NCBI GenBank assembly: GCA_038496445.1
Contig: JALMLS010000516.1
Coordinates: forward strand, 248,001-312,000
Reading direction: 5' to 3'
Length of the DNA stretch: 64,000 bases
Source of the DNA: Trichosphaerium sp. ATCC 40318
Taxonomy: Eukaryota > Protista > Tubulinea
The notes beneath the pieces are model-generated. The model was not told where the DNA came from. It saw only the letters and a list, made by a program, of their open reading frames with translations, and did no database searches. Position numbers and translations under genes: made by a program. Of this stretch, positions 62,802-64,000 are shown one piece after another (the stretch's first letter is position 1; every line of letters starts with the position of its first letter).

Positions 62802-64000
62802 TCAATCTCGCGTGCATTTTGCTAGAACTGTATTACCAAGCTGTAGTTAGCATATTAACGTACTGTCTTTTCTCTCTTGAACGGCATTACAGTCCTTCTC
62901 AATGGCTGAAACACAAGTTAGAAAAAGGTGTGTGTAAAATTTGTTTCTTTTAAGACACGTACCTTTACATAATATACCACTGCTGTAATTATAATGACAA
63001 TAGCTATAACACCAAATACAATTATTAGGGCTCCCCACCAACGTATCCCGCCAACCAGATTCTCCTGGCAAATGTCTTTGACTGCAAAAACTACAGACAA
63101 TGTTGTTTCGGTATACTCTGAACTACCTATTGTAACGTTCTTACAATTATCTTCTGACACTGTATGGATTGTTGAGAATTCAGATGTCAAGCAATTGTAC
63201 TCAAGCAAATCACGCTTTTCTCCGTCCTTCGGAGGCGTACCAATCTTTACCAGAAGGGTTCCATCCTGAGAATCAAGGCAGCCTTCAAAGGAATTTGGTT
63301 AGGGATACTAAAAACCATCACAGCCATACCGGACACTGTAATAGTAGCATCATCGGTAACTGTCAGAGTGCTATTTGTTACATTAAGGCCACCTGATATT
63401 TCCGTAGGTATAATAACGAGAATATCCTCATCAATGACTATGTCAATCTAGCAATTTTATTAATTCCATCAACAAGTATTAAGCTCACTTTTCGAGGTTC
63501 AGTGCGATTTACAGGAACAAATTCGTTAATAACTTCCTCTGCTGAAGATGTAGAGTCAGATTACAATTGTGTAAACAAAGAGAGGTATTATACCATATTC
63601 CATAGCCTTCTGGAGTAGTTGACGTGTTGATTGTTTGATCATCTGATCATTTATGAATACTGTAGCATCGCCAATAAGAATAACCCTTCCTTTGCCTGTT
63701 TATTGTTAAGCCCACAACACGACACATGAAAAACGCGTACCCAATTCAACATCAACTATGGCAGCATCTTTTTCATCGTCTTTGTATGTTGCCACAACGC
63801 TAGCGTTTGTACTTATAGAGAATCTCACTAACTACTATAAGTACAATACTGAGAAAAATAAATAAACAGTACCTCTATCATTGACAAACTCAGGATTGTC
63901 AGATAAGCTATCTACTATCGGATGCGGAGGGTCTGGAATATACACCTAAGTTCATTTAATTCTTCAAAGCGCAAAGTTAATACTAGTACCTCGTCTCTTC
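62802..64000 (-). CDS. 3' part of a multi-exon single-pass membrane protein (continues beyond the window)
   Basis: VVATYKDDEKDAAIVDVE..GKGRVILIGDATVF (GATase-like fold segment); TM segment WWGALIIVFGVIAIVIIITAVVYYV; stop at ~62802. Confidence 0.65.

Overview
AT-rich, compact eukaryotic genomic DNA with many short (~40-120 nt) spliceosomal introns. Gene content (ABP-120-type filamin, RasGEF, RhoGEF, STE20/PAK kinase, expansin) suggests an amoebozoan-like protist; this is an inference. About 22 protein-coding genes or gene remnants were reconstructed by hand, so exon boundaries are approximate. Main points: (1) two inverted paralogues of an RNAi-type RNA-dependent RNA polymerase; the second is frameshifted and carries two fresh retro-insertions. 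(2) One insertion is a 320-bp miniature LTR retrotransposon (identical 77-bp LTRs, 4-bp TSD, PBS, PPT) in which a tRNA-type Pol III promoter forms only across the 5' LTR/PBS junction. (3) The other is an 872-bp poly(A) retroposon with a 17-bp TSD. (4) A VIT/vWA/DUF2135-type protein contains an in-frame Akt-like PH-pseudokinase cassette with four hydrophobic motifs and a NAC-beta-like basic motif. (5) GC-AG introns with a GCACGT donor recur across unrelated genes.
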